A stretch of DNA of 64,000 nt from Auanema rhodensis. Its lineage: Eukaryota; Animalia; Nematoda. The translations under genes and the position numbers were made by a program. A model generated the notes under the pieces. That model worked only from the letters and a program-made list of their open reading frames with translations. It had not been told where the DNA came from and made no database searches. Position 1 is the first letter of the stretch. Every line of letters begins with the position of its first letter. Positions 61,201-64,000 of this stretch are shown here, piece after piece. The stretch spans positions 15,810,001-15,874,000 of the forward strand of contig OZ059896.1 of the NCBI GenBank assembly GCA_964057225.1, written 5' to 3'.

Positions 61201-62786
61201 GAGGCTAAGAACATCCAGAAATCAAGACAAATCTTAAAAGAAAAGAAATATACTAACGCAAAAAAAAAGGTAAATTACATTGAAAATTTCAGTATCCTCA
61301 ACTTTACTGGCAGACACAATAATGGATAGGGCAAAATCGTAAAGTATACGGAAATTAGGAGCAACACTCTGAATAAAAGCGATTAAAAAAATAAGTTAAC
61401 AAATACTTACTTCAACAACGGAGATATATTCTTTCAAAAAGGTGCAGAGGAAAAGAGATAAAACATGAATAAACTTCTGATCAGTATCAGAACCATTAAT
61501 ATAGGCTGCTTCCAAATTTGGATTATTAAAATCAATGATATTACGAAGCTACAAAGAAAATACATATATTAAATCATTAAATTATAAGAACAGACCTCAT
61601 TCAAAGTTAAAAAGAACATATCTCGGTATATATCATCTCTTTCAGGAGTGTGTTCAATCCGAATTGATGCCACTTCGGTGAGACATTGAAGAGTAATGGT
61701 TCGATAAGATTCCAAACTCAAAAACTAAAACTAAAGATTTGCTTGAACTGTTTTTAGTTTTCTCACATTTTGGCATAACAAAGAAACAATTTTAGATTCA
61801 AAAACATATCCAATAGGAATCCATGATAGAAATCGATGTAATGTCGTCAATGTAGCTCTAACCATAGAATCACTAGGACATTTTTCCTTTAAAAAACAAC
61901 ATTAGATCTTAAGCATGAATAGAAAGATTACCAAAATTTCTACACATAACTGAAATACATCCCGGAACTGATCGCAAAAATGTTGCTTTAAATATAATTC
62001 TTTAGCTTGAGTTAAATTTTGTCCGCCGAAATCAAAAACGTCTTCACTAAAAGGGAAGCATTGAAAAAAACACGTAATTGACCTTCACTAACCTTAATAA
62101 ACTTAAAATATTCATGTTATTTATACAAATATTAGCATCTGCCTTCGATGATGAAACAATATCGTGAATAAAAGAAGGCCAATTACGGGGCCATTCTTGC
62201 TTTACAATCTGGAGAACAGTAATAACTTAAGAAATAAATGAGTGAAAATACTTGAACGAGAACTAAATTGAGTTTGTGCAATAATACTGTTAACATCTGA
62301 TTACTCTGGGTTGCGGAGTTCGCACTTAACTCTAAGATGTGCTTAACAAGGAAATTTCGAATTCCTTCTCTCTGTATCACAGGAAGTGCTTTCCATCTCA
62401 AAATATCGAGAAAATGTATAAAATGTCATAAAACCTTATGAATTACCTGGTATGCACAGCATTCTCTAACAGTTGGAGAGCAAAATATTTAGATTCAACA
62501 GATTGCGAAAGCTCGAGAATAGAATCGACCTTAAAGACCTCAGACTTAATTTTTTCACTAGCATTTTTTAACCTTCATCCAAGCATCGGGATCCTGCTTG
62601 ATTCTAACAAGTAATTCATTTGCTTTTCTCTGCTCATCTCCTGAGCCATGATTTAGAATATAGAGAACCTGAGTATTTAATTCGAGGAAAATATTTCATA
62701 TGCATGCATACCTGATCAACAATTTGCACATTAAGTTTTTCCTGTCCAAGAAAATGCCTCTCCGCTAATTCTAGCACAGTTGACAT
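58281..62786 (-). CDS. xpo-1: Exportin-1 (CRM1/XPO1), divergent
   Basis: Conserved segments: [120 protein letters not shown] and [10 protein letters not shown]. Confidence 0.96.
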
Positions 62787-63430
62787 CTTCAAAAACCAAA
62801 AGAAACTTATTTCAAAAAACTCGAACACGACATTAAAAAAAGAATGAACTACTGAACGGCGTTATTTTTCTACTAATAACCGTTCATGCAAAAATGTTAC
62901 TGCGTACACTTACGCAAATCAACACGGCCATAGCCGTGCCCTTTTGGCAGTTAAAGGGATAAAAGCCATTCAAATTGCTCTTGATTCAATATTATCAAGA
63001 AATGATTAAAAGTGCGAACAAGCAGGAAAATTGTTGAAAAAAGTAGCTTCCCTGACTAATTCGAAATTAAAAAAATATTATTGTAGATGCTAGTATATAG
63101 CATCGCACACGTTTCCCAAACATAACAAATCAATATTAATAATTGAAATACAATATACATGATGAAACATTTAACAAGAAATCATAATAATTAAGATTCC
63201 GATAGAGTAAATGAACAAGTAATATATGAAACATTTATCATCATTCGTCTTATTCATATTGTATCATTAATTTATGCGAAGATAAAAATCTATCAATGGA
63301 ATGTACTAAAATCACTTATATCAACACAATACAAAATCTAGAGGCCCCAAGATGTCAATAACGTGAGTAAAATTATGCAAATGTGGGAGCAGTCGAAGTA
63401 TACAAATATTTTACATCACCTACTATTAGA

Positions 63431-63825
63431 TTAGAAAACAGTTTGAGTATTAAACTTGTTCTGCCAGAAAACAAGAATTAGGGTTACTCCGTACATTCCA
63501 GCGGCAATCCAACATTGAGTAGCCTTCTCACTGTACTTGGCTTCAATAACGCTAAAAAAATTGAATAATTTTTGTCACATATGCTGCACTGTTGTCAAAA
63601 AACTAAGTATTAAGCTTACCTCGTTGAAGGATTTTCCTCAGTGAAATGAAGGTCGGGGAAGAGAGTTACAGCTTGGGTGTAAAAGAATACTCCTAGAATT
63701 CCGAGAAAGATGACACCCCAAACGGACATTACCATGCTGAATAATTGTGTAAGGCAGTTTTCCAGTGATGAAACTTACCAAAAAGCAGAAGTAGTAGGTC
63801 CCAAAATTGGACAGATTTTGCCCAT
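63431..63825 (-). CDS. RNASEK: Ribonuclease kappa / V-ATPase subunit f; 3 exons
   Basis: Protein MGKICPILGPTTSAFCMVMSVWGVIFLGILGVFFYTQAVTLFPDL...YSEKATQCWIAAGMYGVTLILVFWQNKFNTQTVF* has two TM helices and the characteristic GP..S..C...S.WG and C.IAA..Y motifs. Confidence 0.92.
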
Positions 63826-64000
63826 GATGCTCTGAAAAATACGTATTCTTAGTATTAAAAAAGAGAAAAAGTTAACCATAAGATAAAAACAAAGATAAGG
63901 CTATGATAAGGCGAGAGGCCTCAGGAAATCGTCAATAATTTCCATACTATAGATGATTAATGTTGGAAAATTAAAACTTATGCTTACATGAAAGTTTGCT

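Noticed and set aside
62787-63430. RNASEK-xpo-1 operon
   Set aside because: The gap is about 640 bp with a CpG-rich promoter-like block at 62860-62950. It is not supportable without SL2 data.
1-64000. Transposase/RT genes, CRISPR arrays, tRNAs and horizontally acquired bacterial genes
   Set aside because: No long intronless ORFs, repeat-spacer arrays or cloverleaf/T-loop motifs were found by eye.

Overview
AT-rich, intron-dense eukaryotic DNA from a rhabditid (clade V) nematode. The assignment rests on gene content, a nematode-type 5S rRNA, 40-55 nt introns and trans-splice-like acceptors directly before ATGs; the species cannot be fixed from sequence alone. Most ORFs in the supplied track are exon fragments or microsatellite artefacts. 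Splicing exons by hand gives 13 protein-coding genes: a class A GPCR (+), gex-3/NCKAP1 (-), rps-25 (+), inx-7 (+), a UDP-glycosyltransferase (+), a classical tyrosine phosphatase (+), a Ly6/three-finger GPI-anchored protein (+), CGI-121/TPRKB (-), paqr-1/AdipoR (-), a four-TM protein with a probable 8.1 kb first intron (+), an SLC17-type MFS transporter (-), xpo-1/CRM1 (-) and RNASEK (-). There is also one solitary 5S rRNA gene and many (CT/GA)n tracts. Most notable: (1) the exportin-1 has Val at the leptomycin B/selinexor-reactive Cys; (2) rps-25 and inx-7 look like an SL2-type operon; (3) CT, AT and GA microsatellites are arranged mirror-symmetrically in the 8 kb intron and could fold it back; (4) 3' splice sites are relaxed, including an obligatory GAG acceptor; (5) a dispersed ACGTGAA..TTCACGT palindrome family occurs three times; (6) several hairpin ncRNA candidates. 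No transposase, CRISPR array or tRNA was found. Orthologue comparisons are from recalled sequences, not database searches.
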